DNA from: Octopus sinensis
Taxonomy: Eukaryota
Direction: 5' to 3'
Length of the DNA stretch: 64,000 nt
Assembly: GCF_006345805.1 (NCBI RefSeq)
Contig: NC_043018.1
Location: forward strand, 14,074,001-14,138,000
Positions 12,573 through 26,596 of the stretch are shown one piece after another (positions within the stretch are counted from its first letter, which is position 1; every line of letters starts with the position of its first letter). A program made the position numbers and the translations under genes. The notes beneath the pieces are model-generated. The model did no database searches. It was not told the origin of the DNA and saw nothing but the letters and a program-made list of their open reading frames with translations.

Positions 12573-14279
12573 ACTTACAGCTGTTTCGAGCAATCATCAT
12601 AGGTACATTACTGATAGGCTTACTCCATTTGTTTTGTGATCAATTGAGAAAAGTTGAAGGACCTAAGAAAATTAATGTTACTTTCGTGAGAGCCATTTCT
12701 GGTTATAACAAGACAAGGGAATACATGGAGGAAGGAAAAAGATGGAGAGATGCAAGTAGAATAGAGAAAAGAGGAAGATAAGTTACAAAGTGGCGAAGAG
12801 AAGTAAGGAAAAGATAGAGGAAGGGATCAGTTAATAGAAGCAGTGGTATTGGAAGGTCAAAATTTTGGAAAGGGCCAGTCATAAAACATTAGTGTTTGTA
12901 GTCAGGTCGACTTTGCCTTTCATCATTTTGGGGTCGCTAAACTAATTACTAGCTGAACACTGAGGTTGATGTAATCGACTGAAACCCTTCCCCAAAAAGG
13001 CTTCCCTTCTGGCAAATTTGAAATCATTGTTATTATTATTTTGTAATATTTCATTGGTATACTCTTTTACTCTTTTACTTGTTTCAGTCATTTGACTGCG
13101 GCCATGCTGGAGCACCGCCTTTAGTCGAGCAACTCGACTCCGGGACTTATTCTTTGTAAGCCCAGTATTTATTTTATCGGTGTCTTTTGCCGAACCGCTA
13201 AGTAACGGGGACATAAACACACCAGCATCGGTTGTCAAGCAATGCTAGGAGGACAAACACACACACGCATATATATATACATACATACATACAACGGGCT
13301 TCTTTCAGTTTCCGTCTACCAAATCCTCTCACAAGGCATTGATCGGCCCGGGGCTATAGCAGAAGACACTTGCCCAAGATGCCACGCAGTGGGACTGAAC
13401 CCGGAACCATGTGGTTGGTTAGCAAGCAACTTACCACACAGCCATATTTGTAATATTTTATTGGTATGATACTAATATTAATATTGGTATGTTATTAATA
13501 TCTTGATGTCACCAACATCATTATTGCTTAATTATCACCATTTAGTCTGTAAATTTACTACAATTTTTTTATTCTTAGTTTGCTTTACTGGAAAATTTAG
13601 AAATATTTGACTTTAATTCAGATTTTAACCCGTAACCCATTTATTGGTTCAAACTTTAAAACTCGTGTAATGAGTTAATTTAAATTTATATTCGTCTATC
13701 ACCGCGACTTAATCCCATTTCAACCTAACATCTCTCAATTTATCGGTAATTTATATCCTAGCTAATCCGAGCATTCTCGACCTCTTCACCACAATGTGAT
13801 TACTACTGATATTCTTTCATCTTCTAATATAATTCCCCTACTATGCTTGATAGCAACAATCACCAAATATTAAAGTCTTAGTTTGTCCATGTATATAAAT
13901 AGCCCATATCAAATTTCAACACAACAGTTGGAGAACACCTAACCTAAAAACATTGCTAATATGGCAATGTATGTTTTCACCTTCCAATATCACTACTTCT
14001 ATTAAGAGAACCCTTTCTCTATTATTTTCCTACTTCTCTTCGCTCTTTTGTAACCTGACTTCCTCTTTTCTCTATTCTACTTGCATCTTTCCATCTTGTT
14101 CTCCCTCCCCCGTGCATTCACCTTTCCTTCAGTTCTCTGCTTGTTATAACCAGAAATGGCCCTCATGAAAGTAGCATTAATTTTCTTAGGTCGTTCAATT
14201 TTTCTCAACTGATCAATAAACAAATTGAATAAATCTATCAGTAATGTACCTATGATGACTGCTCGAAACAGCTGTAAGT
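12573..14279. repeat. ~300-bp inverted repeat pair (12573-~12868 / ~13978-14279) with minimal-HHR relics at the outer ends
   Basis: ORF track shows near-identical peptides on opposite strands (LQLFRAIIIGTLL.../LQLFRAVIIGTLL...); both ends read CCT-ATGATGA-N6-GAAAC-AGCT-GTA-AGT. Confidence 0.85.
13061..13444 (-). mobile_element. SINE family A (tRNA-derived, bipartite with internal microsatellite)
   Basis: Head TGGCTGTGTGG...GGTTCAGTCCC (A/B-box-like), body, (TA/TG)n, 3' module ending GACTGAAACAAGTAAAAGAG. Confidence 0.9.
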
Positions 14280-14681
14280 CAAACAAGGAAAAATGTGTAT
14301 TTTAAACTTGCTTTATATATCATTCTGTGTAAAAACCAGTTTGTCTGGAGTCTATCCTCGGATTTACAATATAGAACTGTGATGAGCGAAAACCCTGCAC
14401 CCTGCCCTAAGAATATCAGGAGTTCTTCACTAAGTATTATTGTTAGCTTAGTGTCCCAAGACAGGGCTTATGAAGTATTTTGCCCGGATTGATAATCCCT
14501 CACTATTTCTAACACATACACACACGCACACCACACACACATATATATATGAGACTAGAGAAACACCCAACAACTGATGAAGGGTAGTTCTTTATGTTTG
14601 TTTTGTTTCAGTTTCGTTGTTCGAAAGCATAGTTCATGTTCCATGTACTCGTGCATCGTACATTTTTGTTGAGCACGTTTA

Positions 14682-14723
<42 letters not shown>

Positions 14724-14989
14724 ATATTTGTTGAAATGGAAAGATGAATTTTCTTGTTACAGATTATTCAAAAGTTTAACCGATACCTGGGTAGCAAAAA
14801 TCACAGCAGAAAAAAACACGGTTGGAGATAAGACCATTTGGTGTTGCAACCGTGCGTTGGTGCGGATAATTGAAGTTTAATATAATTAGTGAATGGAGAA
14901 ATGGAGATGGGCTCTTAAGGAGCCTCCTCGTTCGAATTGTTTTGCTGCGCCTCTGTTTTGTTTTGTTCTGTCAACGTAATTCCTGCTTT

Positions 14990-15069
14990 TTCCTGAAGAG
15001 AAAGCTGCAATATGGTATGCTTATTTAATCAGAATTTGGAAAATTGTGGCCTTTGAAACATGTGTAGAA
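14990..15069 (+). ncRNA. Type I hammerhead ribozyme motif, canonical core
   Basis: Helix I UUC/GAA; CUGAAGA 14993-14999; helix II GCUGCAAU/AUUGUGGC plus AAA/UUU; GAAAC 15055-15059; self-complementary ACAUGUGU; GUA cut after 15066; AATAAA just downstream. Confidence 0.65.
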
Positions 15070-15148
15070 TGTAATAAAAGGAATTCTGTACAATCTTCGT
15101 TCAACTCCATTTCTTCCATTCACTAATTATATATATATATATATATAT

Positions 15149-15188
<40 letters not shown>

Positions 15189-15250
15189 TATATATATACG
15201 TATAGATGTATATATATATATATTTTTATTATATATATGTATATATTTTT

Positions 15251-15554
15251 TCTTTGTTTCAGCCATTTGACTGGGGCCATGCTGGAGCACCGCCTTTAGT
15301 CGAGCAAATCGACCCCAGGACATATTCTTTGTAAGCCTAGTACTTACTCTATTGGTCGCTATTGCCGAACCGCTAAGTGACGGGGACGTAAACACACCAG
15401 CATCGGTTGTCAAGTGATGTTGGGGGATGTGTGGGTGGAACAAACACAGACACACAAACATATACATACATGTATATATATACATATATACGACGGGCTT
15501 CTTTCAGTTTCCGTCCACCAAATCCACTCACAAGGCTATAGTAGAAGACACTTG
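15251..15554 (-). mobile_element. SINE family A, head-truncated
   Basis: Similarity to other copies. Confidence 0.88.
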
Positions 15555-15581
15555 TATTTATATATATATATATATATATAT

Positions 15582-16100
15582 TATCGTCATAGTATAAAGT
15601 TTTTGTGTTCAACCACTAGGAATTTGGCTGAGATTATCGCAGCACACAATAAAGAGAGAATTAGGGAAAATCTCAATCTTAAAACTATAGACAAGCGTAG
15701 AATAGATAATATATATTGCGAAATTAACTCTAATGTTAATCTTTCTGAACTCTCTAAGTAATTACGACTCTGACAATACAGTTAGGTTATCTCCTAGCTT
15801 TAATGTTAATTATAACAATAATAATCGCACCATAATGCCTAATTCTGAGAGGAGAACTAGCAGAAATTCTTTGACTATGAGCGCCAAATACAAGCGAATA
15901 AATGCCTGTGTAATTGTAAAGACACAAATCTGTGTAAAAGGGAAAACATAGTATATTAGTGTAAGGTAATAACAGACGATCTTAAGTATTTTTACATTGT
16001 TCATCTGCTACACTTTGGAAATCTAGGATTCATAATCATTCTCATTCATTTAATTATAACAGAAAAATTAATTCTACAAATCTTAGTAAATGGGATTTGT
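15582..16100 (+). mobile_element. Penelope-like element remnant: RT C-terminal end + GIY-YIG endonuclease (decayed)
   Basis: STTRNLAEIIAAHNK, then CNCKDTNLCKRENIVY*CKVITDDLKYFYI...WKSRIHNHSHSFNYNRKINSTNLSKWDL. Confidence 0.8.
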
Positions 16101-16769
16101 TGCTTCCATCAGTGGATGGCCCCGGGAAGCTATAGTGTCGTGATGGAAAGATCCGAAACGTCTACAGAATTGCTTCACCACCTGAGGAGACATCGATTTC
16201 TGCATTCGCAGACCGAATACAGCAGCACCCTCTGAACAGAGGCTTTTATCCTTAATGTTCCAAGTTTGTAAATATGTACCGGGATTTTGTCCGTCTGTAT
16301 CAGATGCCGTCGGTATATTCAGCCCTCATCATGTTGGGGGCCAGTCGAATTGTGGCGCTTACAGTAGTTTCTTTGCTTTTCTGTACAATTTGACTTCCTA
16401 CCGTTTCTTTTTTTTATGCTGAAGTGGTGAGTTGGTTAACATCTTTGTCATTTATCATCAGCTGTCATTTTCCTAACATGTTCCTAGCATGTAAGTTCCT
16501 GCACGTTTGACAAGATCAGTTTTGCTTTTCATCCATCTCTTGGGGAGGAGGTGTCTAAATAAAATAACAGCCAAGAGTTCAGAGCTATTTAATCGACAAA
16601 CTCTTACTTCCAAAATTGGTGGCTCTGTTCCTATGGTTGTACTTATTAATTAGTTCGTTATTTAAACACTACGAGCCGAGAAAATTCTTTAAGAGTGGAA
16701 ATAAGGTTCTGCAGTATTTCTTCCGACACGTTCCAAAAAATCATCTTTTCTGCTTACTATTCCTTCAAG

Positions 16770-17165
16770 GATCGTGAAGTTAGGGTTCTCAGGCACCTCT
16801 TCCTCCTCCTCCGTAGAGTCCTACCAGAAGCATTCGTCTTCACACTTTCCGCCCGGACTTCCAGGCCTGACCAACTGAGGCGATGAATATCATTCAATCA
16901 TTTCGTTCTATGTCTAACCCTGAGTCTCCTGCCACTTGACTCGGCTTAAAAAATCCGTCTTGCGATTCTTCCCAGCGTCTTTTTTTAAACACATGTCCAC
17001 ATGTCCGTGGGACCGGAGCCGTGACCTCTCAATGAGGACAACTTGTGGATCTACTTGAAGAAACTCCCTGATCTCCGAGCAACACGTCCTGTCGAGCAAC
17101 GTTTCTCCAAAGATCCGCTTGTATTCGCTATCGTACTCTTTTCGCTCATCGCATAACTTCCACAA
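16770..17165 (-). mobile_element. RTE-clade LINE 3' fragment
   Basis: ORF 16914-17165 GETLLDRTCCSEIREFLQVDPQVVLIERSRLRSHGHV; DIHRLSWSGL downstream. Confidence 0.75.
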
Positions 17166-17556
17166 AAGGTGAGGATAGGCACGAAAACTGAATTTTTTTT
17201 CTAAGTTCGAATCCCGTCGTCAATAAAATTAGACTACCACTCAAATACTTGACCGTTCCACTTTCCACTCAATATTCCTGGTCCAGTGTCGAAATTTGAA
17301 GCAATTAGATATTTTATGCAACAAGCTTTCTTGTGCACGCGTTAGATTTCGCAGGCTCTTGTCTACACTGTTATCGATTAACCTCCCTCACTCAAAATTA
17401 TACCATAATTTGGTAGGCCTTGTGGTTAAAATAAAAATAATTATTTTATACGACCAACCTTCTTGAGCGCGCATTAAATTTCAAGCGCTGAGCGCTGCAG
17501 TTGCGAAACGTGTGCACACGGACAGATTCCAGAAGGACCAATATTTTGAGGATACA

Positions 17557-17682
17557 AAGGCGGCAAGCTGCCAAAATCGTTAGAACGAAACAAAAAGATG
17601 CTTTAGCGGCAATGCCTCTATCTTTATATTCTGAGTTCTAATTACACGGAGGTCGACTTGTCCGTTCATCCTTTCGGGAGTC
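17557..17682 (+). mobile_element. SINE family B, 5' part
   Basis: AAGGCGGCAAGCTG...TTCTGAGTTC...GAGGTCGAC...CATCCTTTCGG. Confidence 0.7.
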
Positions 17683-17711
17683 TACACAAAAAAGAAAAAA
17701 CTACCAGTTTA

Positions 17712-18127
17712 GAGGCGTTGTAGTAGATGTGTGGTAAGTAGCTTGCTTACGAAACACATGGTTCCGAGTTCAGTCCCACTGTGTAGCACCTTGGGCAAGT
17801 GTCTTCTACTATAGCCTCAGGCTGACCAAAGCCTTGTGAGTGGATTTGGTAGACAAAAACTGAAAGAAGCCCGTCGTATATATGTATATATATATATACG
17901 TATGTGTGTGTATATGTTTGTGTATCTGTGTTTTTCACCACCCAGCCCCAACATCACTTGACAACCGACGCTGGTGTGTTTACGTCCCCCGTAACTTAGC
18001 GGTTTGGCAAAAGAGACCGATGAAATAAGTTGTAGACTTACAAAGAATAAGTCCTGGAGTCGATTTGCTCGACTAAAGGCGGTGCTCCAACATGGCCGCA
18101 GTCAAATGACTGAAACAAGTAAAAGAG
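17712..18127 (+). mobile_element. SINE family A, full length
   Basis: Head, body, microsatellite and 3' tail present. Confidence 0.9.
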
Positions 18128-18222
18128 TTGATCACTGGAGTCGATGTAATCGACTTGCTTCTTTCTCACCGAAATTTCTGCCCTTGTACCAAAATTTGAA
18201 ACCAGTATCTTGAGAACACTAC

Positions 18223-18455
18223 CTATTTCTTTACTACCCACAAGGGGCCAAACATAGAGAGGACAAACAAGGACAGACACACGGATTAAGTCGATTATAT
18301 CGACCCAGTGCGTAACTGGTACTTATTTAATCAACCCCGAAAGGATGAAAGGCAAAGTCAACCTCGGCGGAATTTGAACACAGAACGTAACGGCAGACGA
18401 AATACAGCTACGCATTTCGCCCGGCGTGCTAACGCTTCTGCCAGCTCGCCGCCTT
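18223..18455 (-). mobile_element. SINE family B, near full length
   Basis: Reverse complement begins AAGGCGGCGAGCTGGCAGAAGCGTTAGCACGCCGGGCGAAATGC...GTTCAAATTCCGCCGAGG. Confidence 0.85.
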
Positions 18456-18980
18456 CAAGACTTGCGCATTGCCTCATCGCCTCCGATTAACTGTTAAAAC
18501 AAAAACGACGTTCGACCTTTCGTTTCTTGCGTGGGTGTAGAAATTCACTTTGTCTTCGTTTGATTAATTCACATTCAAAGTAGCTTCATATGACGAGAGA
18601 CAGTATTATAACTAACTTCTATTACTTTCAATATGATATTTAGAACAGCGAATTCCATAAGTGATTAATCACGAGATAGTTTGATTAGTTTTAGAAGTAA
18701 ATAAATGAATTATTCTCATTTAGTTTATGTCTTTCTCTGACTAATTTATATTCTGTTTCATCGTTAATTAAGCTGATATTTAATCTTCCCTTAAAAACAA
18801 GGTTATAATGAATATTTTCCCAGTCGAACAAGTCAAGCACTAAAATTCCTTTTCTTTCGAAACGTAAAATATTATTATTGCTTGCAGACATTTTTTCGAA
18901 ATCAGAAACAGTAGTTACTGGGAGAAACATTAAATAGATATTTGCAAACAGGTCTCTCTTCATTGAAAACCGGTGATTAC

Positions 18981-19025
18981 CGTACGTTGACAAGAGGCAA
19001 ATACCTCGAAACTGCAGTCCGTGCG
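18981..19025 (+). ncRNA. Type I hammerhead ribozyme motif, U3-A8 core variant
   Basis: Helix I CGUACG/CGUGCG; core UUGACAA 18987-18993; helix II GAGG/CCUC; GAAAC 19008-19012; palindromic ACUGCAGU; GUC cut after 19019. Confidence 0.72.
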
Positions 19026-19275
19026 TATCACTTAGGTTTTCGAGAGAGGGATGACCTCCCTTTGCAAATACCATAAGAGCATAGAAAGTGTGCCTAAAGC
19101 CAGCTGAAGATGATGATCTTCTGGGGCTAAAAGCTACAGTAACACCCACCCTTAGTGGTTAGCCATATTGAGATGGCTAGTATACTTTACATAAAATTTG
19201 GTTTTCGTCTATATTCTCGTTCTTTCTGTCTTACTGAATCGTCGTCTCCTCGTCATGGTGATGGTAGTCGTAGTG

Positions 19276-19316
<41 letters not shown>

Positions 19317-19322
19317 GGCAGT

Positions 19323-19357
<35 letters not shown>

Positions 19358-19749
19358 TAGTAGCAGTAGTAGCAGCAGTAGTAGTAGCGGTGGTAGTGGT
19401 AGTCAATTAATGACCCTACGCACACTGCATACACCTTTTATGTGTATGTGTGTGCGCGTGTCTGTCTGTATGTATGTGTGTGTGCGTGCGCGCTCGTGTG
19501 TTTCCTGATTTCGGAAACAATTTTACAACATAGGCTTATGTACGAGATGGTATCGAAAACTTCCCGGACTAGTTCTGTAGCGCGCCAACAGATGGCAGCA
19601 CACGGCTGCGTGCACAGTGAGAGCTAGTAGTGACCTGAGGGACATCGTTTTGTTTACTTTGCAAGTCGAGAAATTTGTGTTTTTGTGATCCCGTGTATGC
19701 TGTACTCTGCGATTTTGTCACGGACAGGAACAAAGAGCTAACGTGACGC

Positions 19750-20450
<701 letters not shown>

Positions 20451-20455
20451 AGAGA

Positions 20456-21030
20456 GTGAAATTTTGCGTTAAACTTGGCAGGTCTTCTACAGACGAAGCA
20501 AAGGATCGTAGGCAATGTTTCGAGTGGCACAGGCGCCTCAAAAGCGGAAGAATACACCTGGGAGACGATGAGCGATCCGGAAGACCTGCCATGAGCATCA
20601 CTCGCAGAAATCTGGTACTGTGCATTGCGAGTTCGTCCCCTAGGAGTTCTACTGAGACGTTTTGAAGTGTTTGAGGGCGGTCATTCGGCGAAATTGACCG
20701 GATTTATGGAGCGCGAAGAAGGGGGTTCTTCACCGAGCTCTCCTCCCTCGTGAGTTTCCCTCCAAAAAAAAAAAAAAACAACATGGTATCGCTTCCACAA
20801 CCTATTCACCAGATTTCGCACCTGTGGACTTCCAGCCTCTTCCCCCAAGATGAAAATGGTGCTCAAAAGTCGCCGTTTTAACACCATTGTCGAAATCCAG
20901 AGCGAATTGCAGAAAGTCCTCGACTGGCTTACAGAAAACGACTTCTAAGCCAGATTTCACAAGTGGTACGAACGCTGCGATTGCATATTGCTGCGCAAAG
21001 TGACTATTTAGAAGGAGATGATGTTAAAAC
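20456..21030 (+). mobile_element. Decayed mariner transposase remnant (irritans-like), internally deleted
   Basis: KFCVKLG...FEWHRRLKSGR..LGDDERSGRP; C-terminal SPDFAPVDF..FPKMKMVLKSRRFNTIVEIQSELQKVLD...DYLEGD. Confidence 0.8.
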
Positions 21031-21865
21031 TTAGGTAAATAAGTTTTGTTTTAATAATAAATAAATGCACCCTTTTAAAGCCTATCCAGGTTCATGGGCA
21101 AAAATTATATGCGATAAATCAACTGTACTTCTTCAATACGTAAAATATTTTATCAATGATTTCATACAATTCCTAATAATATTCAATTACAATAACATAA
21201 TGGGATTTTTTAAAACTTCAAATGGTCTTGAAGAACTACCCGAATAAATCAAGACTCAAAGGCGGCCAAAGGAAAAAAAATGATTGCGACAAAACTGGCT
21301 TTTTAAGCTTCCCATTCGAAGTGAGTCAATAATGTTATATTTGATCTCAAAGTGTCATAAAAGTCTAAAACCCGAGGGCCATTGCCTAAGCTACACACGC
21401 ATAACTGGAAAAATACTTTGATGCTATTTACTTCCCTCACGTTTCAGCAAATATAAAAATCTTAATATCGTATATAATAACTTTATTTCGATTTAATCTC
21501 GTTTTTTTAGTTATTTATGTATATATATTTTATTCTACGTATAGCTAAAAGCATTGATTTTTTTTTTTGGTGAATATAAAGAATTTAACGGTCGTACGTT
21601 CACATTTCAGCCCTTTATTCTTCTAAATCCCTACTGCTTATTCACTTCCTCGAAACACCCCCATCTTGTTTTTTTTTGGGGGGGGGGGTCCCTGATTCAC
21701 GACTCATTGATTTCTTGTTTCATCCTTACATTCGCAATTTACTATGTTTTTCTCACTTCGAAAGTTTTCTCCCTCACTTTCTTTCTCTTTCTCTCTCTCA
21801 CTCTCACATACACGCACACGCACACACATACATACCACACACACATACATACATACACACATACA

Positions 21866-21897
<32 letters not shown>

Positions 21898-21926
21898 CAT
21901 ACATACATACATACATATATATATAT

Positions 21927-21988
<62 letters not shown>

Positions 21989-22679
21989 TATATATACAAC
22001 TCTGCACACATTTATATTTATTGCCATACACACACCCACACACATATATATACACAACACATGTATGTGATGTGCACTCATTAACTTATATTTTAATAAA
22101 ACTTTGTCACATAATAAACAGATTTGTTACACACACACACACACATATATATACATATATATATACGCACACACACATATATATAAACATATACACACAT
22201 ATACAAGAACATATCTACCTTGCGTGCACCTATTAACCTATTCTTTACTACCAATATGTGACCAAATAGAGTACAAAAGCCATTTATGCCAGGAACTATT
22301 AAAAAACTTCTATCAAGTGTTGGGATTCTTCCATTTAATTTCTCTCCGTTGCTTTCTCCATTCTTCCTCTTTCGCCCTCTTCCTTCTACCCCACCTCCTC
22401 CTCCTCCTTAATTTCTTCTACATCTTCATTTTCTCATCTTCTTCCTTATCTTCTTTCTGTAGCACTATTATTACTAATACTACCACCACAACTACTACTA
22501 CTACGACTACTTCGTTGTTTCTTTCATCTTTTACGACTTTTTTCATGTCATTTCTCTTCTTTGCCTCTTTTTTTTTCTTCTTTTTTTTCTAGTCTTCATC
22601 TTTTCCCGCCATTTCTGTTTTGTTTTCTTCAATATTTACATCTTTTTCTCCTAGTCCACCTTCTCCTTTCCTTCCTCCT

Positions 22680-22812
22680 GCTCCTCCTGCTCCTCCTGCT
22701 CCTGCTCCTCCTCCTCCTCCTCCTCCTCCTTCTTCTTCTTCTTCTTCTTCTTCTTCTTCTTCTTCTTCTTCTTCTTCTTCTTCTTCTTCATCATCATCAT
22801 CATCACCGTCGT
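22680..22812. repeat. Compound (CCT)n/(TCT)n/(TCA)n microsatellite in a pyrimidine-rich tract
   Basis: Direct reading. Confidence 0.95.
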
Positions 22813-22974
22813 CGTCATCGTTATCATCTTTTCTTTCTTCTACATCATCGTCTTCTTTTTCTCACCCTCCTTAATTATAATCTTAATATTTTTTCTGTTT
22901 TATTTTGTCGTTTTTTCTTATCTATTCTCTCATCTGTTTATTAATTTAACGTCTTTTCATTTCTATATCTATTT

Positions 22975-23011
<37 letters not shown>

Positions 23012-23022
23012 CATACATATAT

Positions 23023-23096
<74 letters not shown>

Positions 23097-23100
23097 TATA

Positions 23101-23158
<58 letters not shown>

Positions 23159-23454
23159 CATACATATATATATACACACACACATACACACACACACACA
23201 CACACTCATATATATATGATTGATTGATTGATTGAAAAGGCTATATATTGTTCTTTTGTTTGCTATTTTCGTTAATATTATTTATGTTTTTGAACTTTAA
23301 TCTCCATTCCGAGGCAACACCAATAACAACAACAACAACAACGATAAATCCAACAAACGCAATTCCATTTTCTGAAATGCTGTTATAACTAAAGTACCAA
23401 ATCTTTACTCTAGTGCCTCGCCATTAGATATAACAGCTGTCAGGTTAAATATTG

Positions 23455-23490
<36 letters not shown>

Positions 23491-23575
23491 AGCAAAACAG
23501 ATATTTCCTTTTATTCAAATTGCTCGAGCAATAAGTTATTTTTTCCATTTCATTTCCCGAATTTGCTTTCATCAA

Positions 23576-23988
23576 TATTTACGTCGTATTTTGCCATTTA
23601 TTATTTTTTTTTTGAAGTTCTGAGTTCAAATTTTGCCGAAGATAACTTTTCTTTTAATCCCTCCATGGTCAATGAAATAAAGTATCAGACAAACTGGAGC
23701 TAATGGTATCGGTTAACCTCTCCCTTCAGAGCGGCTGACATTGTACCCAAAGTAAAAGCCACATCGGAAAAATGCTTCCGGTATTTACGTCGTATTTTGC
23801 CATTTATTTTTTTTTCCCAGTTTGAGTTCAAATTTTGCCGAAGATAACTTTTCCTTTAATCCCTCCATGGTCAATGAAATAAAGTATCAGACAAACTGGA
23901 GTTAATGGTATCGGTTAACCTCTCCCTCCAGAGCGGCTGACATTGTACCCAAAGTAAAAGTCACATCAGGAAAATGCTTCCGGTATTT
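23576..23988. repeat. 206-bp near-perfect tandem duplication of a degenerate SINE-B-like segment
   Basis: TATTTACGTCG at 23576 and 23782; TATTT at all three junctions. Confidence 0.92.
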
Positions 23989-24589
23989 CCTCCAGCCCGC
24001 TTCATTCTAATCCGGACAATATCAACTTCTATTTTTATCCATCCGACATTCATAAAATACAGTAACATTTCAAATACTGTGGTCATCTTAGGCTTTGTAC
24101 GTTCATCAAAAACAATTTAATACTTCACGACAGGTCCGGTTTTTAGCCAATTAGACAGATTTGTTCAAATTGGATCTCACCCCTAGTGAGGTCCCTGCGT
24201 ACACGCTCGAGTTGAGGATGCTATGATAGATTTTTAGTTTATCCTTGTGGATAATGGTGAAGCCTCATGGCCTCAACGCTTCTGAGCTGGGAATGGCGTA
24301 ATACACGAAGTATAAAACATCAAATTTCAGCTTTTGCAGAGTAGTGAGCTCCACTAAGAATTTTCCATTTGGGCCGCCCACTTCCTAGCGCCCGCCCTTC
24401 CTCTGATAAATTTACAGATAAATTATTACTGCCTCACCTGTTACACCTCCGTGTTGCTGGCGTGAGTGCAGAATTGCGTGTTTTTCTTTTTGTTGTTGGG
24501 AGTGTGCAAACTCTTCCTGGTATTGTATTGCATCAGTTTCGTTTTTATGGGATGCAGAGCTTTCTTGTATTAGTGTGTGTATTTGTATT

Positions 24590-24880
24590 GTGTACTGTGT
24601 GTCTAATGCGTTGGATAAAGGCCTGCTGGTGGTAGTTTATTTCATTGGATATTTGCTACATAGAGTGTATCTTGTGTTTGTGGATTGTTTTGTTTACGCT
24701 GTATTATTGCAATGATAGTGTCTTGCGTAGGATGTGAGCTGTTCCTAGCAGGGCTATTTTGGAGGGATAAGGGGTAGTGTTGAGGATCCAGGTATAGCTT
24801 CTATGTTTTTGTTCATATATTTTGTTTATTGTTCAAGCCCAATGCTCCATTTAATGTTGGTATTGTTTTCACCTTCACGC
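24590..24880 (-). mobile_element. Old R4/Dong-type 3' fragment (divergent subfamily)
   Basis: Minus-strand VKTIPTLNGALGL...ARNSSHPTQD resembles the RLE tail (TIPIIVGALG...GTAHILRKTL). Confidence 0.55.
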
Positions 24881-25194
24881 CCCACATCTTGAACACTTCA
24901 GTTTCGAGGACTTTGAACTTTGACAATTTCTCCACTCCTTTTTGGCGAGAAGGGACTGCAATGTCCGGCATTCACCATGATAGATCACTAGCCATTCCAC
25001 ATTCTTTATTTTCTCTCTTTGTTTCTTTCTGTGTTCCTTTCTGTGGAAGGCTCGAAACGTTAAAGACCTTTTCACTTCCCGAGCGTTATACTAATATGTC
25101 GGTTTGTTGTATACACCACCTGTTTTTGTCTTTTGTTTTTTTTTTGTGAATGCTCCCTATATATATATACATACATACATATATATATATATAT

Positions 25195-25610
25195 AGGCGT
25201 GGCTGTGTGGTAGGAAGCTTCCTTTTCAACCAAATTCTTCCGGGTTTAGTCCCACTGCGTGACACCTTGGGCAAGTGTCTTCTACTATAGCTGCGAGTCG
25301 ACCAAAGCCTTGTGAGTGGATTTGGTAGACGGAAACTGAAAGAAGCGTGTCGCATATAATATATGTATATATATATATATAATATATATATATTATATAT
25401 ATATTCATGTATCTTTGTGTCTGTGTTTGTCCCCCTACCATCGCTTGACAACCGATGTTAGTGTGTTTATGTCCCCGTAACTTAGCGTTTCGGTAAAAGT
25501 ACTAGGCTTACAAAGAAAAAGTCCTGGGGTTCTATTTCTTCGACTAAAACCCTTTAAGGCGGTGCTCCAGCATGGCCGCAGTCAGATGACTGAAACAAGT
25601 GAAAAGAAAA
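25195..25610 (+). mobile_element. SINE family A, full length
   Basis: Similarity to other copies. Confidence 0.88.
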
Positions 25611-25649
25611 GAAGAAAGAATTATAGAAGGTATATGTGTGTATTTGTGT

Positions 25650-25684
25650 GTGTGTGTAAGTGTGTGTGTGTTTGTTTGTGTGTA

Positions 25685-25770
<86 letters not shown>

Positions 25771-25795
25771 TGTGTCCGTGAGTGTTTGTTCGCTC
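25650..25795. repeat. (TG)n microsatellite
   Basis: Direct reading. Confidence 0.95.
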
Positions 25796-26545
25796 GTGTT
25801 CGTGTGTCATTTTATATCTATTTGTACCTCACCGCCGCTTGAGAAGTGGTGTTGGTTTGTTTGCATTCGCTAATTTAGTGGTTCGGTAATAAAAATACCG
25901 ATAGAATAAATACCAAGCTTTCGAAATAATCCTTTGAATCGATTCGTTCGACTAAACCCTGTGAATGCGATGTCCCTTCCTAACCAAGTAAACGATAAAT
26001 CATTAAAGACTCGTTTGTACGTATTGTGTGCTTCCGTGTGTATGCATATAATATGCAAATATGTAAGCACGTACACATGCATATATGCATCTACCTGCAT
26101 ATATATATATATAAATATGCGTTTTCTAAGCTAAATATATGCGACAGCATGTCCCATCTATTTTGTCTCTGCAAGTATGGCGGTGGCTTGTTGGACCACC
26201 ACTTACTTCAGCTACAAATACTCAAAGAATATCTGACTGATCATATAACATAAATAATTCCCGTTAATAGACATTCCAAACAAACATTGCTGACAACCAA
26301 TCAAGAAAACCACTTTAACAAGAAAATATTACATCCGGCCATCTTCTTTCTAATATTCCCTTCCACTTTATAAAACCACTGTCAATTTGGAAGCTTTTTG
26401 CGACTTCCATTTCAATAGAAATATATTACACTTCAATTATGAGACAGAGAGTGATTATGCAAGATATATTATCGAATTATTATTATCATTATTATTATTA
26501 TTACTATTATCATCATCATCATCATCATCATCATTATTATTATTA

Positions 26546-26596
<51 letters not shown>

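Noticed and set aside
14574-14630. Hammerhead from CTGATGAAGGG (also 42196 + and 8699 -)
   Set aside because: No helix II closing onto GAAA and no helix I or III partner found
18691-19149. 152-aa minus-strand ORF as a host exon or gene
   Set aside because: No recognisable domain or splice support; it is antisense to the U3-A8 hammerhead region
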